DNA from: Schlesneria sp.
Lineage (GTDB): Bacteria > Planctomycetota > Planctomycetia > Planctomycetales > Planctomycetaceae
Length of the DNA stretch: 32,676 bases
Direction: 5' to 3'
Assembly (NCBI GenBank): GCA_043743205.1
Contig: JAYTXB010001125.1
Coordinates: 1-32,676 of the forward strand
Below are positions 8,212 through 16,893 of this stretch, piece after piece. Under the pieces are notes generated by a model. The model made no database searches and had not been told where the DNA came from. It saw only the letters and a list, made by a program, of their open reading frames with translations. Both the position numbers and the translations under genes were made by a program. The stretch's first letter is position 1, and every line of letters begins with the position of its first letter.

Positions 8212-9891
8212 TTACTTGCGCGATTTCAGATAGACATCCGCCATCGTCTCTCCCAGCAGGAGCGTTCCCTTGGTTCCGAAGTGGTGCTTGGCGTGCGGTA
8301 GATGCGAGGTCTTGATGATCGTGATGTGAGCATCGCCGCGAGCCATCTCGTGCAGCGCGGTGTTGATCAAGTCGATGTTGCGCCACGGAGCGTCTTTGTG
8401 TTGCTCGGTGATGAAGCACGGCAGATCGGGTTGCTTGAGATCGGCGCGCAGTTGGTCGATCAATTGCTTCAGCCACTTGGCGTTGTTCTGGGCATACGAG
8501 CCGAAGTAGGTGTCGTTCTCGCCCGTGTGCCAGAAGATTCCTTCGACGCGGCAATCAAAGCCTCGGCGGATGAGGTCGTCTTGTGCGGCTCGGACAAACG
8601 CGAGCAGTTTCGGATAGAGATTGCGATGAGCTTCGGGCGAGCCGTTCGGAAACCAATCGGGGCCTTGGGCTCCACTGTGAGTGAACTTCACGATGGCGAC
8701 TCCCTCTTTCACATCGAGCGATGTCCGCAGCTTTGCTCCGAAGCTCAGTTCCGGCCCAAAGTTGCCGAGGTAGTTCACCGGCCCCAATGGTTCCCAGTCT
8801 GTTGACGCCTTCACTCCGCCGCCGAGCGAATAGCGAAAGAGCACCTGATCCTGGTCCTTCGCCAGTGCGGCGAAGTCCGGCACATCGGGGATCTCGGAGA
8901 CGAACGAATCCTCGCCTTCCATGTTTCGCTGACCGGCCATCACGAACAGTCGCACGCGAGCCTTCTCGGCAATCGGCAGCGAGTCTTTGAAGCGGCGATC
9001 AACCGTTGCGAGCGGCTGGCCGATCTCGCGCAGATAGGCATCGGCAAACGCTTCGCCCAGTTGCAGTTGCCCCTGCGTGCCATAGTGATAGTGCAACTGG
9101 CCGCTCCCCATGACCTCGAACGCCAGATGCGATGTCGGCACCCAACGCAGCAACGGATCGGCCTTCAGCACTTGCTCTTGTTGCTGGCGAAGGATTCCGA
9201 GATTACTGCGGTGGTCCATGCCCCAGATGCCCTTCTCGCTGACCTCGGCGATGTACCACTTCAGTTCCGGAGCCTTCAGGTCGAGCCTCAGCCGCGCGAT
9301 GAGCTTCGTCAGTCCGTCCGCGTATTGCTTGTAGAGGCTGCGGTCGAGCATGTCGTTTTCGCCCTGATGCCACAGCACTCCTTCGAGCCGATAACGAACG
9401 CCGCGCTGGTCCAACTCAGCGAGCGACTCGCGAATCAGCCGCAGCGTGCGCGGGTACAACTTCTGCCCCTTGTCCGGCGCATCAGGATTCCAATCGAACG
9501 CGACCGTCGTCCCGCCAACCGCTGACTTGATGATCGCAATCGGACCTCGCACCTGCGACTTCACGCGTCGAGCAAACGTCACCTCCGGACCAAACGGCCG
9601 CAGCGGCTTCAACGCAACCCAACCCTTCGACGCCTCGTCCCCATTTCCCAAGATGTAGGAATAGAGCACGTCGCTCTGCTCCGCTCCGGCCCCTCGAAAC
9701 GGCGGGAAGTCATCAATCCGCTCAGCGTGAGCATCCGCCCCAACCATGTTGGACTGCCCGGCGAAGAGAATGACTCGCGTCACCTCATCAGCGAACACGG
9801 GTTGTGCGTCGATGACGTTCAACATCGCCAGGAACAAGGCGGCCAGAATGATGACGCGGCGAGAAGAATTCTTAGAGCTGCTCATTGTCAT
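8212..9891 (-). CDS. Tandem SASA/DUF303 (sialate O-acetylesterase, SGNH-type) domain protein
   Basis: Signal peptide. Domain 1 has AGQSNM, FGPE and WHQGEND. Domain 2 has AGQRNM, FGPE and WHTGEND. Confidence 0.85.
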   Translation of the reverse strand: MTMSSSKNSSRRVIILAALFLAMLNVIDAQPVFADEVTRVILFAGQSNMVGADAHAERIDDFPPFRGAGAEQSDVLYSYILGNGDEASKGWVALKPLRPFGPEVTFARRVKSQVRGPIAIIKSAVGGTTVAFDWNPDAPDKGQKLYPRTLRLIRESLAELDQRGVRYRLEGVLWHQGENDMLDRSLYKQYADGLTKLIARLRLDLKAPELKWYIAEVSEKGIWGMDHRSNLGILRQQQEQVLKADPLLRWVPTSHLAFEVMGSGQLHYHYGTQGQLQLGEAFADAYLREIGQPLATVDRRFKDSLPIAEKARVRLFVMAGQRNMEGEDSFVSEIPDVPDFAALAKDQDQVLFRYSLGGGVKASTDWEPLGPVNYLGNFGPELSFGAKLRTSLDVKEGVAIVKFTHSGAQGPDWFPNGSPEAHRNLYPKLLAFVRAAQDDLIRRGFDCRVEGIFWHTGENDTYFGSYAQNNAKWLKQLIDQLRADLKQPDLPCFITEQHKDAPWRNIDLINTALHEMARGDAHITIIKTSHLPHAKHHFGTKGTLLLGETMADVYLKSRK

Positions 9892-9954
9892 GGTTGATCC
9901 GTTGGGGACAAAGGGAAGGAGCTACACGCTTCGACGATGACAATCGTCGGTCGA

Positions 9955-10125
9955 GAAAGGAAAATGAGTCGTCGGTCAAGGCGTTGTATGGCGCTCATAT
10001 TCCTGTCGCCGATCTTCCTGTCGAAGGCATTTACGACAGGAAGATGGATGACAGGAAAATGAAGCGCGGACGATCAATTTGGTTTCATTCAATCTGCGTT
10101 CATCTTCCTGTCGAAAGTCTTCCCC
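9955..10125. repeat. Upstream array of GACAGGAARATG repeats (inverted and tandem, 15-nt period)
   Basis: Copies at 9955 (+, degenerate), 9996 (-), 10011 (-), 10035 (+), 10050 (+) and 10101 (-). Arms 9995-10023 and 10034-10062 pair at 25/29 positions. Confidence 0.9.
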
Positions 10126-10926
10126 ATGCCCATCGAATGCCGAATCAAATTCCCGCGTTTGTCCGAAGACGAAATGCGAGCGATTGATTATCGAGTCATG
10201 TCGCACGTCTTCGCGACGCAGAACGAGTTGGGCCGGCTATGCGATGAGTCAGTCTATCAGTTGAGTCTCGCCGCCCGTCTGATCGCGACCGGATTTCGAG
10301 TGCGGATCGAGGAGCCGATCACGCTGACGTTTCGCGACTTCACGACGACTCTGTTTGTCGATTTGGTCGTGGACGACCGGGTTCCCTATGAGCTCAAAGC
10401 GGTCAACCGGTTGTCCGACGAGCATGAGAACCAGTTGTTGAACTACCTGCTGATGATGGACGCCAATCGGGGAAAGGTTGTCAACTTTCGATCCGATGGA
10501 GTGCAGACTCGATTCGTCAACGCTCCGTTGCCAACGAGCGAAAGGCGGCGGTTTGAGATCGACGATTCACGTTGGTCCGGCGACGCAGCTTTTCGACGCT
10601 TGGTTGCCGAACTCGTTGCGGACTGGGGGACCAGCCTGGACCAAACGCACTACATCAAAGCCCTCGTCGCGTGCCTCGGCGGCGAAGACCGCGTCATTCG
10701 CCAAATCCCGATGGAATCCAACGGCCAATCACTCGGCAACCAGCGGTTTCTCCTGGCGGCCGAATCAATTCCGTTTCGTCTCACGACGTTTCCGGACGGA
10801 GCACCGCAAGACTTCGAGAAGCAACTGCACAAGCTGCTCATGCCGAGTCCGTTTGAATTGTTCTACTGGGTCAACATCGGACGGCATTGTTTGGAGTTTC
10901 GGACGGTTCGACAGGAAGATGGATGA
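10126..10926 (+). CDS. GxxExxY family PD-(D/E)XK nuclease-like protein, long two-domain form
   Basis: Motifs ELGRLCDESVY, VDLVVD..VPYELKA, HENQLLNYL and VVNF. The C-terminal half is a degenerate second copy (WGTSLDQTHY ... FEKQLHKLL ... WVNIG). Confidence 0.9.
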   Translation: MPIECRIKFPRLSEDEMRAIDYRVMSHVFATQNELGRLCDESVYQLSLAARLIATGFRVRIEEPITLTFRDFTTTLFVDLVVDDRVPYELKAVNRLSDEHENQLLNYLLMMDANRGKVVNFRSDGVQTRFVNAPLPTSERRRFEIDDSRWSGDAAFRRLVAELVADWGTSLDQTHYIKALVACLGGEDRVIRQIPMESNGQSLGNQRFLLAAESIPFRLTTFPDGAPQDFEKQLHKLLMPSPFELFYWVNIGRHCLEFRTVRQEDG

Positions 10927-10990
10927 CAGGAAGATAAGCGGCATTTGCAAATCATGGTTTTCATCTTCCTGTCAACCATTTTCCTGTCGA
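10908..10990. repeat. Downstream GACAGGAARATG doublet hairpin (possible bidirectional terminator)
   Basis: Copies at 10910 (+), 10925 (+), 10962 (-) and 10977 (-). Arms 10908-10937 and 10961-10990 pair at 27/30 positions. It lies between convergent genes and contains the GxxExxY stop codon. Confidence 0.9.
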
Positions 10991-11002
10991 TGCCTTCCCC
11001 AC

Positions 11003-12568
11003 TTATTTGCCACCCCGATTGTCCCAAATGAACTCCACGTCGTTCGTCTGCTTCGGCCCCGGTGTACTTCGACCCTCGGTCACGTAGCGTTCCAACAGCG
11101 CCGCCAACTCCTTCACCATTTCGTTCTCGGTCGCGTAACGGTTTTGCTTCTGCATCGGGTCGGTAGCGAGGTTGAACAGTTCGCCGGCTTCGGAGTGCGG
11201 TTCGTAGCCGCGAGCCTTTTGGAACCAGGCTGGTTCGCCTTGCTGGCGGTTGTCGTCGCCGGTCGGAGCGAGGATCAGCACCCAGTCGCCGCGGCGGATC
11301 GCGAACTTGCCTTGAGCGCTGTGATGCACCGTCGCTTCCCGCAGCGGGGCATTTCGGTTTTCGCCGAGCAGCGCGGGCAGAATGTTGACGCTGTCCACAC
11401 CCGCATCGGCGGGCAGTTTGATGTCCAGCAGAGCGGCCAGCGTCGCCATGAGATCGACGTGGCAGATGGTTTCATCGCAGGTACACGCCGCTTGGATTGT
11501 CCCAGGCCACCGAGCGATGAACAGGACTCGGTGACCGCCCTCCCAGGCGTCGCGCTTCACACCGCGAAGCGAGCCCATGCTTGCATGACCAAACTGCTTC
11601 AGCCTGTCATACGCGCCGGGGCTCACCTCGCCGGCCACTTCCGGGCCGTTGTCGCTCGTAAGAAACACCAGCGTGTTCTCGGCGACGCCGCTGCTCTTCA
11701 AAGCGTTGAGCACCTCGCCCACCGCATGGTCGGTCTGCATCACGAAGTCGCCGTACTCGCCCGCCTGGCTCTTCCCCTGGAACGCCGCCGAGGGGACGAC
11801 CGGATAATGAGGCGACATCAGAGGCAGATAGAGAAAGAACGGCTGGCCCCCTTTCGCAACCTGTTCGATGTGCTCGACCGCGCGTTTCTCCAACCCCGGC
11901 AGCACCTCAACGAGTTTCCAATCGGGCAGCATCGGACCGGCGATGTTGAAGGCGTCGCGGCCAACGGGCGCAGCGGCCGAGGGAATGCCGACAGTGCGAT
12001 CGTTCTCCAGGAAGCAGTACGGCGGGTAGTTCGGAACGTCGGTCCCGAAGTAGAGGTCGAAGCCGCGTGAGGTCGGGCCGTCGGGAATCGGCTGCGAAAA
12101 ATCCCGCTTGCCGCCGTCGCCCGGCTTGGGCCAGCCCCAGCCGAGATGCCACTTGCCGATACATGCCGTGGCGTACCCCTGCTCGCGGAGCAACTCGGCG
12201 ACCGTGAGCTGCTTCTCCGCGATGAGCGGCTGCGCGAACGGGCCGATCACGTTCCGCTGCAACCGCGTCCGCCAAGCGTACCGGCCGGTGAGCAGGGCAT
12301 ACCGAGTCGGCGTGCAGACCGCCGACGGCGAGTGCGCGTCCGTGAACCGCACCCCTTCCTTGGCCAGCCGATCAATGTTCGGCGTGGGGATCTTCGACGC
12401 AGCGTTGTAACAGCCAACATCACCATACCCGAGATCGTCCGCCAAGATGTAAACGATGTTCGGCTTCGATGTCTTGGCGGCTCGCACCGGCGCGACGTGT
12501 GACCCGACCACCGTGGTCGCCAGAGTCAGCAGCGTTGCCAATGCAACGGATGTGATTGTGGGACTCAT
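11003..12568 (-). CDS. Arylsulfatase (formylglycine-dependent S1 sulfatase)
   Basis: Signal peptide. Motifs KPNIVYILADDLGYGD, CTPTRYALLTGR (CxPxR), GKWHLG, TSDNG and WEGGHRV. Confidence 0.95.
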   Translation of the reverse strand: MSPTITSVALATLLTLATTVVGSHVAPVRAAKTSKPNIVYILADDLGYGDVGCYNAASKIPTPNIDRLAKEGVRFTDAHSPSAVCTPTRYALLTGRYAWRTRLQRNVIGPFAQPLIAEKQLTVAELLREQGYATACIGKWHLGWGWPKPGDGGKRDFSQPIPDGPTSRGFDLYFGTDVPNYPPYCFLENDRTVGIPSAAAPVGRDAFNIAGPMLPDWKLVEVLPGLEKRAVEHIEQVAKGGQPFFLYLPLMSPHYPVVPSAAFQGKSQAGEYGDFVMQTDHAVGEVLNALKSSGVAENTLVFLTSDNGPEVAGEVSPGAYDRLKQFGHASMGSLRGVKRDAWEGGHRVLFIARWPGTIQAACTCDETICHVDLMATLAALLDIKLPADAGVDSVNILPALLGENRNAPLREATVHHSAQGKFAIRRGDWVLILAPTGDDNRQQGEPAWFQKARGYEPHSEAGELFNLATDPMQKQNRYATENEMVKELAALLERYVTEGRSTPGPKQTNDVEFIWDNRGGK

Positions 12569-12580
12569 CGTCTTGCCCTC

Positions 12581-12602
12581 GTCTCTTGGTAAGCCAAGAG
12601 AC
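12581..12602. promoter_or_regulatory. Perfect 9-bp stem-loop just upstream of the sulfatase RBS
   Basis: GTCTCTTGG-TAAG-CCAAGAGAC, 12 nt from the ATG. No U-tract. Function unknown. Confidence 0.4.
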
Positions 12603-12815
12603 CCAAGTTAGTTGGTCAAAAACTCAAGTATCTTGTCGAGGTTGTATGCCTTTGGATTCGAGTTGAGGACAGCGCCGCCGTGAAGATGGCAAGGTTTGGA
12701 ATCAAACGTCGTGGCATCAAGCATTCACTTCTCTAAGAACCGGGATTGGCCGCCTCTGGCAATACTCCGACAACGGCAGCGCTGGTGCGAACAGGTGGTT
12801 CGTGCCTGGGGTGCG

Positions 12816-14243
12816 TTACGCCAAAATCTTCGTCAACACGTTGCCGGCGATATCGGTCAGGCGGAAGTTGCGGCCGTTGTGGAAATGGGTGAGGCGTTTG
12901 TGGTCGATACCCAGCAGGTGCAGCATGGTGGCGTGCAGGTCATGGACAGTCACGGGATCGACGACCGCCTTGTAGCCGATCTCATCGGTCTCACCGAAGC
13001 TGGTGCCACCCTTGATCCCCGCGCCAGCCATCCACGCGATGAAGCCCTGCGGATTGTGATCGCGGCCGTCCTTGCCCTGTGAGACCGGCATGCGACCGAA
13101 CTCACCGCCCCAGATCACCAGCGTCGAATCGAGCAGGCCACGCTGCTTCAAGTCGGTCAGCAATCCGTCGATAGGCACGTCGGTCGCGAGACAGTGGCTG
13201 CTGTGGTTAGCGGTCAGATTGCTGTGAGCGTCCCATTCGCCGTCGCTGTAGACCTGCACGAAACGGACACCGCTTTCAATCAGACGTCGAGCCAGCAGGC
13301 ACTTCGAGCCGTAGGACTTAGTCTCTTTCTGATCAAGCCCATACATCGCGCGCGTGGCCTGCGTCTCCTGCTTGAAGTCAATCAAGTCGGCGGCTTCGGT
13401 CTGCATGTGATAGGCCAGTTCAAAGGACTGGATGCGACCGAGCAATTCCGCCTCACCCGGATGCGATTGCAGGTGCTCGGCATTCAGTCGCGCGAGCAGA
13501 TCGAGTTGCCGCCGTTGATCCTCTCGCGTCACGTCACTGGGCCGGTTGAGATTCAGAATCGGATTCCCTTCCGGGCGAAACAACGTCCCTTGGTAGGTCG
13601 ATGGCAAGAACCCGGCGTGCCAGTTGAGCGGCCCACCTTTGATCCCCTGGTTGTTCCCAAGCACCACAAAGCCGGGCAGGTTTTGATTCTCACTGCCGAG
13701 GCCGTAGGTGACCCACGCACCGGCCGACGGGAAGCCGGGTCGAGCGATCCCCGTATTGATCTGATAGAGCGCTGGCACATGATCGTTCGAGTCGCTGTGC
13801 AGCGATTTGATGAATGCAAAGTCATCGACGTGCCGCGCGACGTGCGGATACTTTTCACAAACCCAGGCACCGCTTTCGCCGTGCTGCTGAAACTGGAATG
13901 GCGACTTCATCAGCGGGCCGGGGCTACCGTTGAAGACATCAATGTCGATTTTCTGACCGTCACGTTTGGTGAGCTCCGGTTTGGGATCGAACAGATCGAC
14001 CGCGCTGGGCGCGCCCTCCATGAACAGCCAAATCACGGACTTGGCCTGGGCGGGAAAATGGACCAGTCGAGGTGCCAACGGGCCTGTAAGGGACTTATCC
14101 ACGGCCAGCAAGTTTTTGTCGGACTCAGTCAGCAGGTGAGCGAGCGCCACCGAACCGAAACCGGCACCGGCCCGCTCCAGAAAGTGGCGGCGATTGATAA
14201 TCCGCTCGAAGCGGCCGCAATGCGTGTCGGCTGGAGTTGTCAT
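12816..14243 (-). CDS. DUF1501 domain protein (planctomycete sulfatase-like, Tat-type signal)
   Basis: NRRHFL twin-arginine motif. Motifs AKSVIWLFMEGAPSAVDLFDPKP, YGLGSENQNLPGFVV, EFGRMP and GRDHNP. Start 14243 is preferred because ATG 14303 lies at the edge of a palindrome. Confidence 0.92.
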   Translation of the reverse strand: MTTPADTHCGRFERIINRRHFLERAGAGFGSVALAHLLTESDKNLLAVDKSLTGPLAPRLVHFPAQAKSVIWLFMEGAPSAVDLFDPKPELTKRDGQKIDIDVFNGSPGPLMKSPFQFQQHGESGAWVCEKYPHVARHVDDFAFIKSLHSDSNDHVPALYQINTGIARPGFPSAGAWVTYGLGSENQNLPGFVVLGNNQGIKGGPLNWHAGFLPSTYQGTLFRPEGNPILNLNRPSDVTREDQRRQLDLLARLNAEHLQSHPGEAELLGRIQSFELAYHMQTEAADLIDFKQETQATRAMYGLDQKETKSYGSKCLLARRLIESGVRFVQVYSDGEWDAHSNLTANHSSHCLATDVPIDGLLTDLKQRGLLDSTLVIWGGEFGRMPVSQGKDGRDHNPQGFIAWMAGAGIKGGTSFGETDEIGYKAVVDPVTVHDLHATMLHLLGIDHKRLTHFHNGRNFRLTDIAGNVLTKILA

Positions 14244-14301
14244 GTGATTGTGCCAGTGATTGTGGATCAGAGCCGGTTGTATATCGCTCGAAATGCGAGT
14301 C

Positions 14302-14337
14302 ATGGAATGACCCGCCTACGCAGCTCAGTCATTCCAT
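14302..14337. repeat. Intergenic palindrome (REP-like)
   Basis: ATGGAATGAC-N16-GTCATTCCAT, with perfect 10-bp arms, between the DUF1553 and DUF1501 genes. Confidence 0.6.
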
Positions 14338-14355
14338 AACCGAGATTCCACCCAC

Positions 14356-16653
14356 TCAGTCGATGTAGAGGAATTCGTTTAAGCTGAAGAGGATTTGGCA
14401 CCAATCGGCCATTGCTCGGCGACGGACTTCGTCGGCCGATGACTTCGGGTCACGGGTTGTCCGCTCTGTGATCTGCGACTTGAGGAACTCCAGCGACGCG
14501 AGTCGTTCGGTTTCTCTTGGCGAACGACATAGGGCCAACTGATAGCCGCGGTCGAGGCAGTTTTCCGGTTCGATTCCCGCTTCTTTCAACAGCCGATCGG
14601 CAAAGTCGAGCGAGACCGTCCGCACGAACTGATCGTTGAGCAACGCCAGCGCCTGCGGAGCCACAGTGGTCGGATCCCGGCGGTTGCAACTTTGTTGGGC
14701 GTCCGGCTTGTCGAAGGCCTGTAACAGCGGATTCGGGATGACTCGCTTGTGGAACATATACACCGAACGTCGCCTGACGGCCGCCGAATCTTTCACATCG
14801 CTGGGATACGGATCTTTGATATTGCGAGCCAGCATGGCTTCGTTGGCGATCGGCGGTTTGAAGCCGGGGCCAAACGCTTCCAGATTAAGCGTGCCGCTGA
14901 CGGCCAGCATCGAGTCGCGCAGGATCTCCGCCTCCAGTCGCTGCGGCTGCCGTTTCCACAGCAACCGATTGTCCGGATCAGCGGTCACCGGTGCGATTCC
15001 GGCGCTGGCTTGTTGATACGCGGCGCTGGTCAGGATCAGCCGATGCAGACGCTTCAACTTCCAGCCGTGCTGCACCAGATCGTGAGCCAGCCATTCCAGC
15101 AATTCCGGGTGCGAGGGCGACTCGGAGCGGACGCCGAAATCGCCGACAGTCCGCACCAGCCCACTGCCGAAGTGATGCTGCCAAACGCGATTGACGATCA
15201 CGCGCGCGACCAACGCGCCGGCACCCTGTTCGGCATCGGTCATCCACTCGGCCAGTGCGCGCCGCTGCTGTGTGCTCTCGTTCGCAGAACTCTTCGCGCG
15301 TGCCTCACGCCAGAACTCTTCCGGTGACTTGTCGTGCGTCAGCACGGTGAGAAACCCCAGCGTCACAGGCTGTTCGTGGTCGTAGTAATCGCCGCGCCGG
15401 AAGAGCCAGGTTGGCTTCGGCTCGCGACCGGCGTCTCGATACGTGAGGAACTTTTTTTCGGGTTTGCCAAGCGACACTTCGGCGCGATCGCCGCAATGTA
15501 GCGCGCTCAGCATGCGGTAGTAGTCCCGCGCCGGGATCGCGTCGTACTTGTGGTCGTGGCAGCGAGCGCATCCGAACGTCAGCCCCAGCAGTCCGGTGCC
15601 GATCGTCGAGACCATGTCGTCGAGTTCGTTGTACCGGTTGCGCAGCCGCTCATCGACCATCAACTTGTCAGGCAACGCCGCGAATGTTCCCGCCGTGAGA
15701 AATCCCGTGGCGGCCACCGCCTCGGGATTCTCTGGCTCATATTCATTCCCGGCGAGCTGCCAACGCACGAACTGGTCGAACGGCAGGTCTTCGTTCAGCG
15801 CGCGAATGACGAAGTCGCGATATCGATAAGCCTCCGGTCGGTCGCGATCCGTTTCTTGCCCGTCGCTGTCCGCATACCGCGCCACGTCGAGCCAATGCCG
15901 CCCCCAACGCTCGCCGTAATGTGGCGAATCGAGCAGCTTGGTAATCATCAAATCCATCGTGGCCGGAGTCGGTGACGAGGTGGCCGCCTCCAGTTCAATG
16001 CCGAGCCGATCTTCTCTCAGCCTGCCATCCTCCACATTCAAAATCGGAGGCAGTCCGATGACATCGAAGTAGACTCGTCGGATCAGCTTCCGAGGATCGA
16101 TCGCTGGCGACGGAGGCAACCCGCTAACTTCCAGTTTCGCGAGGATGAATTGATCGATCGGTGAGCGGCCCCAAGCAGCGTTCTTGACGGTCGGCAACGG
16201 GACATCGTGGAGCGGCTGAAACGACCAGTGCTGGCGATCCTCCGCCGTGACGACCATTTCTTGGCGACCGCTTCCTCGCGTACCCGCTTCGTCCGGCCAC
16301 GGGGCACCCTCGTTGATCCACTGCCGCAACAATTCGATCTGTTTGGCACTCAGCGGATCGCCTTCGGGCGGCATCCGCTTGTCGTCGTCCCGCGATGCGA
16401 CGCGACGAATCAACTCGCTCTGCTCCGCCTGCTGCGGAACGACCGACTTCTCGCCCGAGTCTCCAGCCCGGACGGCACCAGCTCGCGAATCAAACCGCAA
16501 CCCGCCTTGTTGCTTCTTGTCTCCATGACACTTCACGCAATGCTGCTGCAACGTCGGCCGGATATCGCGAACGAAATCAATCTCGGCAGCTGTCGCTCTA
16601 TCCAGCATTGACCACTGGAAAACCAAACCGAGCCACACGAAACGCAACCGCAT
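14356..16653 (-). CDS. Planctomycete cytochrome c (PSCyt1) + DUF1549 + DUF1553 (PSD1) protein
   Basis: RBS AAGGAG. Motifs IDFVRDIRPTLQQHCVKCHG, HWSFQP, YGERWGRHWLDVARYADS, CARCHDHKYD, VNRVWQHHFG, PSHPELLEWLA and LNEFLYID. Confidence 0.93.
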   Translation of the reverse strand: MRLRFVWLGLVFQWSMLDRATAAEIDFVRDIRPTLQQHCVKCHGDKKQQGGLRFDSRAGAVRAGDSGEKSVVPQQAEQSELIRRVASRDDDKRMPPEGDPLSAKQIELLRQWINEGAPWPDEAGTRGSGRQEMVVTAEDRQHWSFQPLHDVPLPTVKNAAWGRSPIDQFILAKLEVSGLPPSPAIDPRKLIRRVYFDVIGLPPILNVEDGRLREDRLGIELEAATSSPTPATMDLMITKLLDSPHYGERWGRHWLDVARYADSDGQETDRDRPEAYRYRDFVIRALNEDLPFDQFVRWQLAGNEYEPENPEAVAATGFLTAGTFAALPDKLMVDERLRNRYNELDDMVSTIGTGLLGLTFGCARCHDHKYDAIPARDYYRMLSALHCGDRAEVSLGKPEKKFLTYRDAGREPKPTWLFRRGDYYDHEQPVTLGFLTVLTHDKSPEEFWREARAKSSANESTQQRRALAEWMTDAEQGAGALVARVIVNRVWQHHFGSGLVRTVGDFGVRSESPSHPELLEWLAHDLVQHGWKLKRLHRLILTSAAYQQASAGIAPVTADPDNRLLWKRQPQRLEAEILRDSMLAVSGTLNLEAFGPGFKPPIANEAMLARNIKDPYPSDVKDSAAVRRRSVYMFHKRVIPNPLLQAFDKPDAQQSCNRRDPTTVAPQALALLNDQFVRTVSLDFADRLLKEAGIEPENCLDRGYQLALCRSPRETERLASLEFLKSQITERTTRDPKSSADEVRRRAMADWCQILFSLNEFLYID

Positions 16654-16893
16654 CCCAGTTCTCCTTCACGCCGATCAATCAACATCCCTCCGCTCCCACG
16701 AATCGTGCTGAGTCGCCGCGAGGTTTTCAATGTGGCCAAGCGACATCAATGTAACCCGCAGCGTCAGCGAGAGCGAACTCGCCACACACAACCCTGATGT
16801 CGCGAAGCACGTCGAACGTCTCGGGGAAATGACGCGCGAGGTCCGCTTCGAGCCAGAAGTCACATTGCGATCCCTCGCGCGGACGACGCGCGT

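Larger units (their letters stand above)
10024..10996 (+). mobile_element. Putative GxxExxY nuclease cassette bounded by ~37-40 bp inverted repeats
   Basis: AAGGCATttaCGACAGGAAGATGGATGACAGGAAAATGAA (10024-10063) is the reverse complement of 10960-10996, with 3 mismatches and a 3-nt indel. It encloses a single nuclease-family gene oriented opposite to its neighbours. Mobility is inferred and no target-site duplication was seen. Confidence 0.5.

Noticed and set aside
9955-10990. GACAGGAAGATG repeats as a CRISPR array
   Set aside because: Units are 12 bp, in mixed orientation, with 3-nt gaps. There are no unique spacers and no cas genes.
10478-12070. 530-aa plus-strand ORF
   Set aside because: Mostly antisense to the sulfatase and out of frame within the GxxExxY gene.
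13194-14339. 381-aa plus-strand ORF
   Set aside because: Antisense shadow of the DUF1501 gene.
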